Assembly (NCBI RefSeq): GCF_020885515.1
Contig: NZ_AP024987.1
Coordinates: 1,050,001 to 1,082,000, forward strand
DNA from: a cyanobacterium endosymbiont of Braarudosphaera bigelowii
GTDB lineage: Bacteria > Cyanobacteriota > Cyanobacteriia > Cyanobacteriales > Microcystaceae
Direction: 5' to 3'
DNA length: 32,000 nt
In this document: in pieces, positions 31,879-32,000 of the stretch
Layout: every line of letters begins with the position of its first letter
How positions within the stretch are numbered: position 1 is the first letter of the stretch
Notes under the pieces: generated by a model
Database searches by the model: none
Told to the model about the DNA's origin: nothing
Seen by the model: the letters and a program-made list of their open reading frames with translations, nothing else
Translations under genes and position numbers: made by a program

Positions 31879-32000
31879 ATGGCCCAAAACGTAAATAAAA
31901 TTAAAGATCACGTCGAACTATTTCACCAGCCTGAGTATAAAGAACTGTTTGCTAATAAAAAACAGTTTGAAGGAATGCCTACTGCTGAAAAAGTTAAAGA
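31879..32000 (+). CDS. nifK: nitrogenase molybdenum-iron protein beta chain NifK, 3' truncated by the window edge
   Basis: MAQNVNKIKDHVELFHQPEYKELFANKKQFEGMPTAEKVK..., directly after nifD, with 'cggag' RBS-like sequence. Confidence 0.95.
   Translation, partial: MAQNVNKIKDHVELFHQPEYKELFANKKQFEGMPTAEKVK

Overview
AT-rich, compact cyanobacterial window with no rRNA, tRNA, CRISPR array or transposon that I can recognise. The left two thirds holds housekeeping and conserved genes: rpoC2 (partial), pdxH, a PIN/TRAM protein, plsC-like, hypF, gcvH, ispH, an rluB-like gene, a GT39-like glycosyltransferase, PAP2, a DUF697-like GTPase, an orphan Dam-like adenine methylase and pdxA. A small petM gene is missing from the ORF track. 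The right third is a nitrogen-fixation island: ArsC-like/nitrogenase-associated protein, nifT, nifZ, nifV and a DUF2949-like gene on the minus strand, then nifB, a tiny ORF at the fdxN position, nifS, nifU, nifH, nifD and partial nifK on the plus strand. Low GC, nif genes, petM and eroded loci suggest a reduced, UCYN-A/Crocosphaera-like diazotrophic cyanobacterium (inference only). Main second-look items: (1) two tandem tiny ORFs overlapping at ATGA and interleaved with a strong hairpin in the nifU-nifH gap, an attenuator-like layout; (2) an eroded fdxN relic that keeps ferredoxin cysteine spacing but has lost several ligands; (3) a 14-bp-arm hairpin isolated in a 1.2 kb non-coding gap between the divergent nif arms; (4) an apparently orphan Dam-type methyltransferase; (5) several strong terminator-like hairpins and a C-rich tract in the nifD-nifK gap. 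I see no convincing new multi-gene system.
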